Assembly (NCBI GenBank): GCA_964658305.1
Contig: OZ210885.1
Coordinates: forward strand, 9,362,001 to 9,426,000
Source of the DNA: Leptogorgia sarmentosa
Lineage: Eukaryota
Reading direction: 5' to 3'
DNA length: 64,000 bases
This document shows, piece by piece, positions 27,701 to 42,700 of the stretch. The notes beneath the pieces were generated by a model. The model ran no database searches. It saw only the letters and a program-made list of their open reading frames with translations, and had not been told where the DNA came from. The position numbers and the translations under genes are program-made. Each line of letters opens with the position of its first letter. Position 1 is the first letter of the stretch.

Positions 27701-30700
27701 ACGAATGGTGTTATGCGGACAGGCGTCATTTGGGACCTTAAGATTGCGAGAAAACTGTGACGGCAACACCAACCGGAAGTAACGGGTGAACTAGTTTTTG
27801 CTGACTTTGCAGTAATTTCAAATTGGAAAATTCGGGCACTGATTTTGGGCATAATTCGGGCAAAAATCTGAGGAATAAGGTAATGTCAACAATCCTCCAG
27901 TTGTTCACCTGAACGAGCGTACCAAAAAAGTGGAGTTAGAACTCTGAAATCACCGTTTCCGGCAATCCAGCGGTTGTAAAAGTTCAAAAATTTCTCCCTC
28001 GGCGCCAACCATGGTGGCGCCTCATGACATTCGCTACCCTCAAATTCGGCCCAGCTCATTCAACGTTGCTGTTGCCGTTGAAGTCGCCGTCGTGTAATCT
28101 TAAGGTCTCTAATGGTGTTGTGCGGACAGGCGTTCTAACACCTTCCTTCTAACAGATAACATGCTCTCAAAACGCTGGAAATGCCATTTCCGAGACCAAA
28201 ATTTCAAAATTTTCCCGGGGGGGGCATGCCCCCAGACCGCCCTAGGTTACTCGTGCCTTCGGCAGTCGAATCGGTCTACATTATGATTTACACCCCCCCC
28301 CCCAAACAAAACAAAACAGTTTCAAACTTTGATATTACTTTATGTCCCCTTTATATGAATGTCACTGAAGGGGAACAAACATTTTGTTAAAATAATGAAA
28401 AACTTCCTTTAGAAATTAGAAAAGAACTCATATGATGAACCTATTGTTTTAATAATCAAGAAACAGATATATATAGTATAATCAGATAGGCCCGTTAGTT
28501 GTTCAGTTTTAATATTTTCCCGGTCAATATTTGTCTTCATCTTTAAATGCTATTTTAAATTTTCTGAATTTGTTACGTGCGCTAATACTGTTGTGTATTT
28601 TTCTTTTCCAGGCAGACTGCTATCTTATGAAGAGTTTCCGGGGATAAAGACGCTATTAGAGCAACTCCGTGCAACATGCACGGAGAGTTGCCGTCTTATA
28701 CCGGAATTCTCATGTTTAGATCTTGGAGGCCCTGAGATCTTTCGAAAAACGTTTGATTCAAAAGTATACTCATTAGCGACGTCCACAACCTCATCCACTA
28801 CTCTTGTAATTTGTGGTTTCTGGAATGGTTCAATCACAATCTTTGATCTTGACACAGGTAGGTAACCGTGTGGTAACGTACTATGGATAAACTAATGGCA
28901 AGGTTTGGGGTTTTCATTAGTTTTTTTTCTTTTGACCGATCGTCGGTCCGGAAAAGGGATAAAACACAGATTCAATGCCGCCTCTGCTTGTAATTGTAAT
29001 TATATGTGCAACCATATCCTCACTCACATTTGAAAGAATTATCAGTTCTGAGTTATGCAAGTTGAGCGGCTGCGCGATATACGTGTATAAAAAACTGATC
29101 AAATTTGAAATCGCTCTCAATTTCGCAAAGCCACTCGGGTGACGTTATTAATTAACAAAACTTTGCAGTGCAAAAGTTTTGAAAAAGAAACGTTGTACTA
29201 GCCTTCAGCTTCAATTGTTTTTGTTAGCGCTGATAATGAACTAAATATAGATAAAAAGTTTAGTAAAGTACATGTTTGACTTACCTGCTGTCACATGTAC
29301 AGTACTTGATTACATCGGAAATTTACGGCGCTATAATCTCATGGAGCTCACTGGCCTCAGGGCTCAGGGCTCGTCCCATTATGCTTCGCATCACTCTAGG
29401 TAATGTGGCTATGCTTTGCTTCAGTTATATATCGGTTGTTCTCAGATTACTTACGTGCTTCTCTTTTCGGGACCGGCAAATAATTGATCCGCTAGCCAAC
29501 GATAAATCGCGGTATTTCGTGCGACGTCGTCCAATAATTGATAGTAGGTACCTTAAGATGTAAAACGCCACAAACTCGACAACGGGGTTTAAATTTCAGC
29601 TTGAAAATGAGTGCTGACCTTTTTATGCTTTAAATAGATGTTGGATTTTTTTCAAGAAACATTTACACAGGTTCAGCTAAAGCAATGCGATCGTTGCTGC
29701 CGAGTCAACTTGAAGTTACAGCTCTCACGTTGTAATCAGCCTTCACGTTGCTTTGAAGACGTTATAATGCTTGCCTTAACGTTGCGTTGATAACAAAAAA
29801 GCCGTTGATACCACAATTTATGCTTGGTTTTTGTTCAGCATAAAAATTTGTTTGTTCGGAAAGCTCGTCGTCGAGTTGGTCACGTTGTAGATCTTAAGGT
29901 CCCTAATCCTCTGCTACAAAATTGCTATGAAACCATTTTTGAACATATCCACAATGCAGTTGTCTTTCTATTAGGAATGACAGAAATGTCTGGTGATAGT
30001 TACAGTTTGATAAAATAAAAATAAACCACTGTATACACGCGTCATATTTCGCGCAAATAAGTAAGTATTAATAATATCACGCCATCCAAGTCTCATTTCG
30101 TTACACGGATAATTATCCAAATTTTTTAGACCTGCAGCCACTGGCTCGGTTTTTGAGAAAAGTTTCAGTTTTGGAAGCAGACAAATTCAATTATATTCAT
30201 TGAAATGAGAATATAGTTAATATGCAGTTGATATGGGTGAGGGAACAAAGGTTTACACTCAAAGTAATTGATAATTCATTAGAAAATTAGCCAATTATGT
30301 ACTGTAGTCGTCGTCATATGATGATGTTTGAAATTTGGATTAGATTCTGGAAGAGACATGTTCATCCATATAGTAAAATATTCAGTCATTTCTTGAACGG
30401 GATCAATGTTTACTGGGTAAAAAAATTTAAAAATCTCACAAATGGCTGGAGGGAATGCTTTTGTCTGCAACATATTAATAAAAGTATAAAAATCAATTCG
30501 GACAGAGTGACATATTATTTCTTCTAAACAATAAAACATACAATTATTGAGAAATCGTGTGCATAAAATTAATGGATATATGCCAATTTTAAAATGTGAA
30601 AGTTCAGTAATTACAAATACAAGTAGGACAACATTCCTGTGCAATCATTGGTATTCGCTGTATAGAATATTTCCTGTTCATAGCTTCATGCATGTTCTAC

Positions 30701-33700
30701 CGCCTGTTCTACCGCCAACATCAGCCACTAAATTTTAAACACTAGTAAATATATTATTATAAGTTTCAGTAAATTGTTCGGCATTGACCGTTACTCTACC
30801 ACTTTAGTTATCGAGGCAACAGGGGCCGGTAGCGAGTCTTACCCAAGCGTTCAAGTTGGCTCGATACCTATATCTATGGACTTGCACAACAAAGATGAGA
30901 GCATACTTTTATGAAATCCCAAGAAGTAACGAATGAGAACACACGCCTGTAAAACACGTCACAGTAAATTCCGCAAAATTACAGTTATTTTGTTTTTAGT
31001 ATTGAAGATCGTTTCGGTGTTTGTCTATCGCTTACATTGCTGTTTAAAGTACCTATATCAGGGTCAGGGAAATGACTTATTTAATATGTAGTTCAGGTGA
31101 TTTTAAGAACATTTGCAATATATTTGATAAGACGAAAATTGGATCTTCCTGTACTTTTCGGACCTCAAAGTTGGTAATTTTCAGTAATTTTAGCGCTTGA
31201 CCGTGAGATACAATTACTGGTAACTAGTTATGGGATGTGACGTAGAAAGAGAACACATGCGTTGACAACAATAGGGCTTTATAGTAAAAACAGCAACATT
31301 GAACACTGTATCTTCGAAAATAAATATTTTTTCTTACTGCTCTAAACGTTTATGGGCTTAAAATGCCACACAGGTGTGCAGTTTATGGATGTTCGAATGT
31401 TACCAGTTCAGACGAAGGAATATCGCTGCACGTTATTCCTTTTGCGAATGATGATCGACCAGAGGCCAAAAAACGAAGGAAGAAATGGGTCGATTTTGTT
31501 CGAAGAAGGCGAGTAAACTTTGAACCATCTGCCTCTTTTTCATCAACCTCCTTCAAAGATATGTTCCAGGCATTTTAATGCAGGAGATTTTACTCGGCGT
31601 TTCGATGTTCGCTTGACTGGCGATAAAGCGAAATTGAAAGCCATACTAAAGAGCGACGAATTCGGGATTTGTGTATATCCAACCATTTCTTTGCCAGATT
31701 GCACAGATCCAACTTCCTCTACGACAAGTTCTGCCTTTAACGCTTCTCCACGCAACATTTGCAATCGGTTCGTCTTGGTACGGTTGCAAGCTTTGCCATC
31801 GTTCTTCGCTTGCTCGCATTGCATATTCCGTTATGGAAAACCTATCCGAGTCTAGTTGGCTGTCAAAATTGTCGGAAAAACTTGACGACATCTTCTCACA
31901 GGAACTTTAACCGAAAAGTCTATATTTCAAAGAGGTTCGAGCGCTATTTCCTCTCAAACGCTTTGTTTTCCTATGGCATTTATACTTTGCATATTTGACG
32001 TGTTCTCCTTTTTACGTCACTTCCGTCGGTAATGTCAATTAGTTACCAGGTACTTTGAAAAAATTACCAACTTTGAGGTCCGAAAAGTACAGGAAGATCA
32101 AATTTTCGTCTTACCAAATATATTGCAAATGTTCTTAAAATCACCTGAACTACATAAATAAGTCATTTCCCTGACCCTGATATAGGCACTTTAAGTTGCT
32201 ATACGGACGTAATAGTAACAATGGAAGTTAGCGGTGTAAACAGAGTGTAGCTGATGGGTTAGTTAATGTAGTTACTTGTCTCAATCATTTATTTTATCGC
32301 CGCAATGTTTTGAAAAATACTCCCAATGTAGTAACGATGGGAGTGAAAATTACCTATTACACCATTTTATATACGTGCTATCTTATTTTATAAACAGGTA
32401 GAGAAGTTCAACAACTACTGGGACATTCTGAGAGAGTTAGCTGTTTGGCTGTGTCACAAAGTGGAACAATACTAGCGTCGGGGTCGTGGGACCGAAGTAC
32501 AATCCTTTGGAGAATGGATAATTATGAACAGCTTTTTGTGTTCCAAGGGGAGAGTGCAGTTAATGCTCTGGATTTCAGTGCAGATAATCAGCGAGTGTTT
32601 ATTGGAACATACGATGGTAAGCATCTTGAACACAAATCAAACAAGGATATCAAAATGTTCTTCAGAATAGGTAAACGAAAATTTGCATAAACGTTTTCTC
32701 GACTTCCGCTCTGCTTAAAAGTGCGCGAGTTTCGATAAGAAATAAGATTTTGCCTACGTGTACGGATTTAACGGTTCTGAAGGAACGCCAGCAACGATGC
32801 CATTGGAGAAAAAATTAAATCCTTTTCATACTATGTTTGTCAAATAACTCCGCAAATAATCATATTTTCGGAAATATGTTACTCCGCCGGTACCAAATTG
32901 AATATTGGAATACTTTTATTAAATTAAAATAATTATTTTTTCTTCAAATAAAAATACTTGAAAGTACGTTCACAAAATGTTTGTTTTACGTTGCAATTTC
33001 AGCGGCGTAAATCTCCAGTGTCGGCCCTAGGTTGAACTGTTGTGGATGGCCTCTTTATTATACCTCTTAGCTTCACATTTTTACTATGCTAACTCTACGA
33101 AATATTCTCCTGAATTCTGCATATGATATGCATTTTAATTCTGCTATTTCTTATCGAGCATATTATAGCTATTTAACATCTCTTCTGCTTCAATTATACC
33201 CAAAAGGCAAAAACGTTCCGTAAAAAGAAGCACACTAAAATAAGTTCCTATAAAGCAGAGACAATGACAACAGTAAAAGTTTGACTGTGATATACAACTA
33301 TTAATATACATCCAAGCACAATTTAAAAGGCGACAAAATTGTTTCAGCTAGCTACTGAATGATATCAAACATTTTGTTAACTTCGAACTTTTTTGCATCT
33401 CCAGTTTCAATCAAAATTATTTGAATCAAAATTATTTGAATTTCACATTAGCCACGGCCCTGAAGAAACCTCTTCCCAGGGCCCCCGGCCAGGTTGGGCC
33501 CCTTGTAGTTACGCCACTGTGTACATCGCTATTTACTAAAAAAATTGGCTTCACATTTTAATACAAGAACGTTTATGAAGCGGATTGATGCATATCGTTT
33601 CAGTTCTTGGGTTTCACGTAACGTTCCATATTTGAGTGGGTATACACTCTAAATAGCGACGCAGTCATCACAGTGAGTTAAATATTCACTGTATGTATTC

Positions 33701-36700
33701 AACTTGTGTTTCGTAGCGAATATGTGAAATTCAGAAGCATTTCCTCAGTTTCGTGCAGCATAATCGTTAATACATTTTAGATTGACTCCCACTCAATTTC
33801 TTACGAAAAGTACTCTTTCTCTCCAACACCATATTAATTTAGGTCGAATTCGTCCTCTGACTATAATTGGCTGGGGGGGGGGCGAAATTCCTGGGACACC
33901 TGTCGTGTTTTTATGTCGCGTGCGAATAAACCAGAAGTGAGTTTATCCAAGACTGAAAAACATACGAATAACGACGATGAGATAGATGGCTCGTCTTTCA
34001 CATTCGTGGCTCTACATTCGCGTTCGAATGTAGAGCCAGACATGAGATTTCTGTAATAACAATGAATACCAATGATACATAACAGAAATGCGTAAATGAA
34101 AAATACGAAATGACGACGAAATGTTCTTAGTGTGGCGTACCGAGACTCTCGACAAACACTTGAACACACCCAGAGAAAGTTAAAATTTAACTACCATTTA
34201 ACCACGGATGGGTTGTTAAGATTTTTATACAACCGGCCCCTGGAAAAAGTCATCTTGGATTAATAAGTCCTTAGTATCGCAGGGAAAACCCAGCTTTGTT
34301 GACAGATTTTTTCCAAGCTTGTTTTGACCGGTGAATCAGGGGGGTGGGTACCGCTATAGTAATCGCTTTAGATTGCTCCACAAGAAAAACTAGGAAGAAA
34401 TGGCAAACGAATTTTAGATGATTTTATACATGTTAAACTAGGGAAGAGTGACATGAAATGTTTTGAGAACACAGCCTTGGGTTGACGAGATATTTTAGTT
34501 TGTATGTGTAGGCCTTCCCTCTGTGTTCAGCTCTTGGTAAGAGGACAAGCGCAAACAACACTTGTTATGCGCTCAATTTCTGCACAACGAAGCGCCCTAG
34601 AAAGCCGAAAAATACCAGAATTTATTGCTTTCATATCAGTCAAGAATGGCATGAAGCGGTCAAAGAATGCATTGCATAGTTTTGGAGAAATCACGCATTA
34701 AGTGCGCGGCAAGTGTCTAGGGTCTTCAAATTTACATAATGGCGGCGCACTTGGACGCAAATGTTCGGCTCGGCCTACAGATGATTTGGAACAAGTTGAG
34801 AACATGCCGATTGCTTCTTTGAATGTTCCTGGAACTAATGAAGAATGGCATGAAAATATATTTCGATACACACAGCCGTTTTGAAGATATACCGATTTTA
34901 TATTATAGTTTGCGTCTTTGCTTGCATAAAACGGCAATTTGATACCGCACAACAGCAAGTATTTCGCTCGGCCTCGGGAGAGAACTTTACACTGCATGAA
35001 CTTCTAGACTTGTTTATTTCATACTTTTATAACTCTTGCAGAATGGCATTGAAGGATTTCATTTCAAACGAGTTGGTTCTTGAGATACAGCTATGTTTCT
35101 GTCAGGTTTACAATTCTGGCTCAACATTCAGTCATGTCAGTGACATGTGTTCAGCGCGACCTCCAGAAAAAACCTAACTAGTTAAAAATCTCCAAATTGC
35201 TTTATTGTATTCCTTTGATGTTGATGAAGAATGGCATTGGATATTTTTTCGATTGCTTGAACCGTTTTGAAGTTATCGCGATTTTATTACAGAAATCTCA
35301 TGTCTGGCTCTACATTCGAACGCGAATGTAGAGCCACGAATGTGAAAGACGAGCCATCTATCTCATCGTCGAATAACGCACCCTACGTAATCAAAGGCAT
35401 GTTTTCCACGTGTTTCAGACTATTGCGCAACCCGATTTATCCTGTTTGCGCGTGCGCAAATTTTTGACAATTGCAAAAAAGCTTGTAGAAATGTTATTAT
35501 ATGTGCACAAGAAATATTCAAAATAAAAAGAACATAACACCGGTTTCATGACTATGTGGCTTCAAGGAGAAATAAGGACATGGAATTCAAGATATTGGAC
35601 TCTGTTTTTCTCAGATAGATGCTAATATGCCTTACGTTTCCGACCATCAATCTTTATTTTTTTAGTGTGTTGTGTTTTAACTACCATGCAACCCACCGTT
35701 CCAAAGATCATTTTATTAGGATTTCAATGGTGTTTGTCTTTATTTCGTGCGGTATATACTCAGTGAAAAAAAGATTTATAAAAATTTTTATTTCAACTTT
35801 CGGAAACGTGTTGGAGAGAAAGAGAGCTCGTTTGTAATCCGTCGTACATTTCAACCATTTTATCTGAACTCGTACCTGTGACCTGTTGTACATTATCGAC
35901 TGCATTTGAAAACAAAGTATATTTTCATTATTTTGAAGCGAAGCCCACTGGCATACATGCCCCTTGCTTCACGGTTCTAACTTTCGCGATCTGTAACCAA
36001 GTTTTACCAACAGTATCACTGGTATGGATGCCCTGTACAATGCATACAATTTGACCACAATGTGGCTATGGTATAGGTTCAGTGGGTTTATGAAATTTAC
36101 AAACGGCATCGTATCGTGTGATTGGACCATGTTCACTAATTCTTTTTGTGTTCTATGCCAGGAACAGCAGTTTTACAACGTAGCTGTAGTAAAATGATTT
36201 CCTGGGAAAAGCAGATACGTCTGTTTTTGTAGCACCTCTCAACCTTCGCCAAAAGTACAAATTGTTCATATTCAAACAATAATTGCAACAGCTGGTTTGA
36301 GGATTCCAGCGACTGCGTATCTTCAAACCAGCGGTTAACTGTGAACGTCGTGTAGAGCGCAGTGAAACGCAGTGTAAAAACATAAGCCAGCAACAGCCAG
36401 AGCAGGTTCAGCGCCGGAGAGGGACACAGTTAAAAACAAGATTTCACAAAATCGTCTAGGGTTAGACATTATTGAAACATCAGTCTGACGAGTATCCATC
36501 ATGCGTTGTAGGGCTGAAAGTGTATTGTGTATCTACCGGAGAAAACCTCTCAACAAGTATTCCTGAGGTAGTCAAGTCGCTGTGTACGACCAAAGATGGA
36601 CAGTTCATTGCTACTGTTGGATATCGTGACAAGACTATCAAGTTGTGGAAAGCGGATACACTAAATTTTGAGACCAGTTTGGTTTGCCATACAGATTGGG

Positions 36701-39700
36701 TGACATGTGTTGTCGCAACAGGTATGCAATACTGTATGAGTTAATATTTCATAACATTTTGAAGATCTTACTTCAATGGAGTCTCTTCAGAATTATATTT
36801 GTTATTTCTTTCGCATAAAGCATATTCTTTATTATAAACTTCCTTAATGGTTCAATAAAGCGATGATTAATCAATTGGAGGGGAATATCATGTTTTGGAA
36901 TAAATTTTCCCAATTATTGCACAAAAATACCTGCTTGCAACAGCATTCTAATATTGTAATGAAAAATTATGCCTAGAAAGAAAGCAATGTCTTTTCTTAA
37001 TTGTTAGTATGGTGGTAACCAGTGCTTTCATGTACAAGCACTACATTAGGACTTTCTCATTTCTTTCAAATTTTTAGGCTGGTTGTATTTGTATATGCTA
37101 AGAGTATTTTAAAATGGCTATTAGATTTATCTATGCTAGCTTTCTAAATATACTTTGAGACAATTTGCTTGTGTGTGTATATTTCAACTGATTACCCTGT
37201 GTCGCAGACCTTGATGTATAAATTGTGATACTGTACAAGTAGATTCAAAAGACTTGGCATTTAGGCCGGGTATTGTATATTTTATTAGCGTTGAGACCTC
37301 TTGTAAGTAATAATAGTGTGCCCTAAAAATAGAAGCAAGCTCTGAAACAAGGGCATAGGAATAAAGTTGTAGTTTGTGGGGGAGGGGGGGGGGGGGAGGA
37401 AGAGAGAACAGAATCCAAATCTTTACTATTAAATGTTGCAACTTTAAATAAGTTTCAACTTTAACTTCGATAACTTAGCAACAAGAAGACATGATATTTT
37501 TGGTTGGGAAAACTTATTCCTGTATTTGCAACTTGCAATCAGCAAGGTGGCATCTTGAAAAAAAAACATTTAAAAGCTAGTGAATGATGGAATCCTACAA
37601 AATATTTTAGTACATTTGGGCAAATTCTCATGTCTATCAGAAAGCTGTACAAATCCTAGGCATGAAAGAAGGGCATTTCTTTTTAAAAGGGCACTTATAA
37701 CCGTGAAAGTTGGGGGGTGGGGCACCTGGCCCCAAGTGCCCCACCATCCTACGCCACTGCTCTGAAATGCATTTCATAGGGATACATCAATCAAGAACAA
37801 TTCTAGCCGTTTCACATGTATTTAATTAAATGCACATGTATCGGATTGAACTACAATATATAATAGAATTCAATAACAGGAGAATGAATTGAATTACAAG
37901 CTGACAACAGAATATGACAGCATTTTATACCATTTGTTTTTAACTTATGAAATTATATAGATAAAGTTACAAATGGAAGCCAACATGAATGTTGTTTGTA
38001 AAGTAATATTGTTTTAGATATACTGTCCATTGCCAAGATATATAGCCAGGTGTCGTTTGACATATCTTGTCCATCTTCACCTCAGATCCTCTTTTTCCAA
38101 CAGACAAAATTGATATAGTTTGACCTGTTTTATAATTGTTGTGACAAACATTGTGCTGTACTGTTAGAACTTGGTAGGTTAGTTGCCTGAAAAAATGTGA
38201 TAATAATTTAATTTAATCAGTCAATTTTCACAGCTACTCAGTGACATGAAAGAGCAGTTAGGCAACAGTTAAGAGCAGTTAAACACAGTTATGTTCCCAA
38301 ACATAAGTATGAATACATGTGCAAACTAATAATGATGAAATGCAGCAATGAAAATTTCCCATTGCGGTACGTGCTACAGTGTACGTACTATTCAGTACTG
38401 TTACACTCTGGTTTTGAGTAATTGCACCGACGCAGAGTTCTTACGATCTTTCATTAGAGTTTTCAGTAACTTTACACTACATAGTATTGATATAGGTTGA
38501 AATAGCAATTATAAATTTGGGTACTCGAATATTTCCTGAGGAAAAAACTTTTTTGACTTTTCAGAAGTTAATCATCGTTGTAACATTTATAATATCATAA
38601 AATTTTGAAATTTTGAACGTTGAGGCCCAAATTAAATGTTGATTACGACTGCGTATTTCCTATGTATTTTTAGTAAACGAGAAGGAAATTTGTTTTGTAT
38701 AAAATCCAATTAAACACGTATTGCGAAATTAACTATTCGAGCAGCTTGAAGAAAGACTACCGTATTTCCTCTATTTAGCCCCTTGGGGGATTATTTATGT
38801 TTGCCTGCTTTCAGGTGGGCGATTATCTGATGAGGAGACTAAGTAGATGGTGGGGGCTTAATAAATTTTCACCCAATTTTGGTACCTAATTCACACAACA
38901 CATTCTGAATATAAATTAACTTCATTACGCATTCATATTTGAAAAAATGAAGCAACGAAAGTTTTATTTCATAGATGTTTTACTTGATTCTCAGCCGAAT
39001 TGAACCAAAATGTAATCATCTCTTCCTTGTGCAATGCCAAACAATTGCGCAAGATGTTCGATATTTCCCAAGTTATCGTGTTCACAGACCAACACACAGA
39101 CACACAAACAAACCAAGATGATTACATAACCTCCTCGCGGAGGTAATGAGCTTTAACATAATATGCAAAACTAACTGGAAGAATGATGTTACTTTGCACA
39201 ATTCATTCGTGATCATAACTATTGTACGTGCCAGACGGTTCGCCCATATTTTGAGTATTTCAAATTTATCCTGACACATTGGAATTTCTTTTTGCGTCAA
39301 TTTCTCTTCAATATCCTAACGGTACCAACAAAATAAACTTTCGGTATTCTACTACTGTAGAATCCATTGCCTGGACATGCAGAATGCATATATGAAAATT
39401 TCTCCTGTCAGCGATCGAGTTATTGAATATATTTAGGATACCATGTACTTTGCTTTCCCTAGTTTTTTTTGTGCCAGTTCGACTAAAGTGCGAAGTTTCT
39501 CTTTTAGATTCAGGAAAAAACAATCCAATGCTTGTGTCTGCTTCACACGATGGGACAATAAAAATTTGGGATTTAAAAACGTACCAGGAAATTCGTACCA
39601 TTGACGTTCAATGTCTTGTTACTTGTATTGCTGTGAGCGATGATAAAAAATATATTATCTCTGGAGACGATGAAGGAAGTGTGAGGTTGTGGTGTTTGCA

Positions 39701-42700
39701 CACTGGAAAGTCCCTTTCCTGTTATGAAGGTCATACCGCGGACATCAGGTGGGTTCACTCTAGCAGCTATGTCTAATTTAGCGAAAGGATCGTTATGCGG
39801 GCAAGGCAACAACGAAGACCCGATACATAACATTAAGCTTAACATACAACACATTCTGTTTTGTGTAATTGTATTAATTTATTACGATATTTAACAGTCA
39901 CACTTAGACGTACTGCTTCTTGAAATCGGTTATTGATGAATTGAAATGATAGCGAAGATGAACGCCATGAAAGTAATTTTCAGTCATCCATTTGTTCGCA
40001 ACGCTACAAGAATTTCTATTTATTACACTAATATACTAATTGGCTTGTGGCTATAGTCGTACTTATTTGCAAGTAATGAGGGATAAACGTAGGAAATTAA
40101 GCGTATGACATCCAATGCAACATAATTTTACCTGTTGTACATCTATCATTATCCGATCTTGTATTGTTGCTTTCGTTGATTTTCCGCAGTACTGAACTCT
40201 ACAATATGTCTATAGGGCTCCCGTTGATAACAGTTATTTTTATTACTGACGGGACTACCCTATGTAAATAAAAGTTTTATCTATCTATCTATCTTCTTAA
40301 TTGTTGACATAGTAATAGAAAGATTTTTGCAAAAATTAAAGTGACCATAGGTGTAGTTTTCATTTGCACTAAAATTTGATGAATACGACATATTTCCCAG
40401 ATCATGCACTGTTATTTTAGGGGAGTTATTTTAACACCCCTTTAGTGGAGTTAAATTCCGTAACCCCAAATGTGGTGCTAAAATAACTCTCTTTTTGGTG
40501 TTACAATATTTTGGCATATAATTATCATGAAAAATTAACTCCCTTTAGGGGGGTTAGCCCAAGTAACTCTTTTTCTGGAGTTAAAATAACTCCGTTTGTG
40601 GTGTTGAACTGAGTAACTCTTCTTTTGGAGTTAAAATAGAACTGCATTCCGGATTCCGGAATGAGACAAACTCAATTTAACGAGAAAAAACAGTTAAAAT
40701 CAATTTGTAATTCGTCTGAACTGTTAGTGAGAAAGGATGAGAAAGAAACTTGGTCTTTTGGCTTCTGTTTATTCCCTTTTTTTTAATTGTACTGGTCAGA
40801 ATACTCAATAAATTATATGGGAAATGATGTATTGATGCAGTAAAAACTCGAAACGAATGATAATTATGCTAATTATGCATACAGGATAACCAAAGGATAA
40901 CTTTAAGCCAATAAGGATGCGCGATTACAGATAGTAGTGCTTTCGCAGACGTCCGCCTTTGATAAATGATCCGAGTCTGTTTTTCAGTTTTGAAATTTGA
41001 AAAGCGAATGTCGTTTTGACAACATTTTGAAAGAAATTTTTGATAATGTTTTGACGAAGAAAGGAGACATAGATGGCAATTGTTTTGGCTTTACACAATT
41101 TTTTGGCAAGTAAGTGTTCGTACATCCCTATTTAATCGAATTTTATGTGCATTTGTGCAACAATAAAGCGATATTTTTACATGCACAAAATAGATATTCA
41201 AAAACTCAGTAGCGAATTGTGACTTCAGGATGTGGTGGTTCACTGGTTCATATCAAGACTGGAGTCGTTCTTAACTGGTTCTTATTTCCTGTCAAAAATG
41301 ATTACTGAGCCCTGAGGAACGAGTGTTAATATCAAGATTGAAGACATGTCCATTAACGATCGAAAGTGAATTATGCTGTAAGTTGATTTCTGTTCTGATA
41401 AAATAAATTCATGGATGAAAGACGTGTTAAGACGGTGGTTTACAACCCACTGGTTAATTTTTGCTGGGTTTTACCGTAAAGTAAATCTCCGCTGTGAAAA
41501 TTAAGTGAATTTAGCACACTGTGTTCCATCATAAAGCCAAATATTTATACTGCTATATCTTTTGTATTCAGCAACTGTTTCTGTCAAGCTATTTTGAAGG
41601 ACAATGGCCTTTGAAGGACAAATGGCTGATTTTGAAGGACAAACTGCAGGTAAATCCACATTATTATTTGTTAAAAATCAACAGGTTCCACTACAGTACA
41701 AGGTCAAGGGACTTGGACACCAAACATAAACCATATGAACTGCTTTATGGCAATACTTTTGCCTAATTTTAAAACGACATTGAAGATTTATAGTAGCATT
41801 TAACTTGCATAAAATGCACTATGACTATAATTAAGATTGTTTCTACATTTTTTTTTAGGTTGATTATGAACAACATGATTCAAAAGCCTCAGGATGGAAT
41901 AAATACTGCTCAACTAACTGCTGGACACATGGATTTGAGCCACATATTATAAGGATTTGTACGAATAAACAATGCCACAAAGATAAGCTATTTTCTCTAA
42001 TGGAGGAACATCAATGAACTATATTGAGGCTATGCTTGTAAATTCATTTTTTTATAAATTAAATCACTTATTTTGCTGTCAAAAAAAATTGTGAGTGCTT
42101 TTGAAATTTACAGTAATATTTCTTTTATATTTTTAGACCAACTTTTGAATTGGAGAAATTCATCAGACCAGCTGGAAAGAGCATCATAAATTTGGTAAAG
42201 TTGTGAAGTTTGGTTACAAAATATCGTAAAAATGGAAATACAGTCATGTTATGATAATTTAGCGTGCGTAATACAAAAGTATACAAAATTCACAAATTTG
42301 ACATGACTGTATTTTCCAGATTTTACGATATTTATTTCCGTAACCGAACTTCGCAATTATAGTGGATTTATGATGTTTTTTCCCGCTGTGCTAATGAAAA
42401 TTGTCAATTCAAAAATTTGTCTAAGGGGGAAGGTCCACTAAGGTAAAAGAGGAGTTAAATTTTAACTCCAGAAAGGGTGTTAAATTTACTGTAACTCCAA
42501 AAGTGGTGCTAGTTTAACACCACTTTTGGAGTTATATTTTAACTCCACGAAGGGTGTTACATTTTTAACTCCAAATATTGGGTTAAAATAACTCCAAAAC
42601 AGGAGTTAATTTTAACACCAAAAGTGGTGTTAAGTGTAACACCAAAAAGGGTGCTATTCTGAACCTTTTTATTTAACCCCGTTTTTGGAGTTAAAATAAC

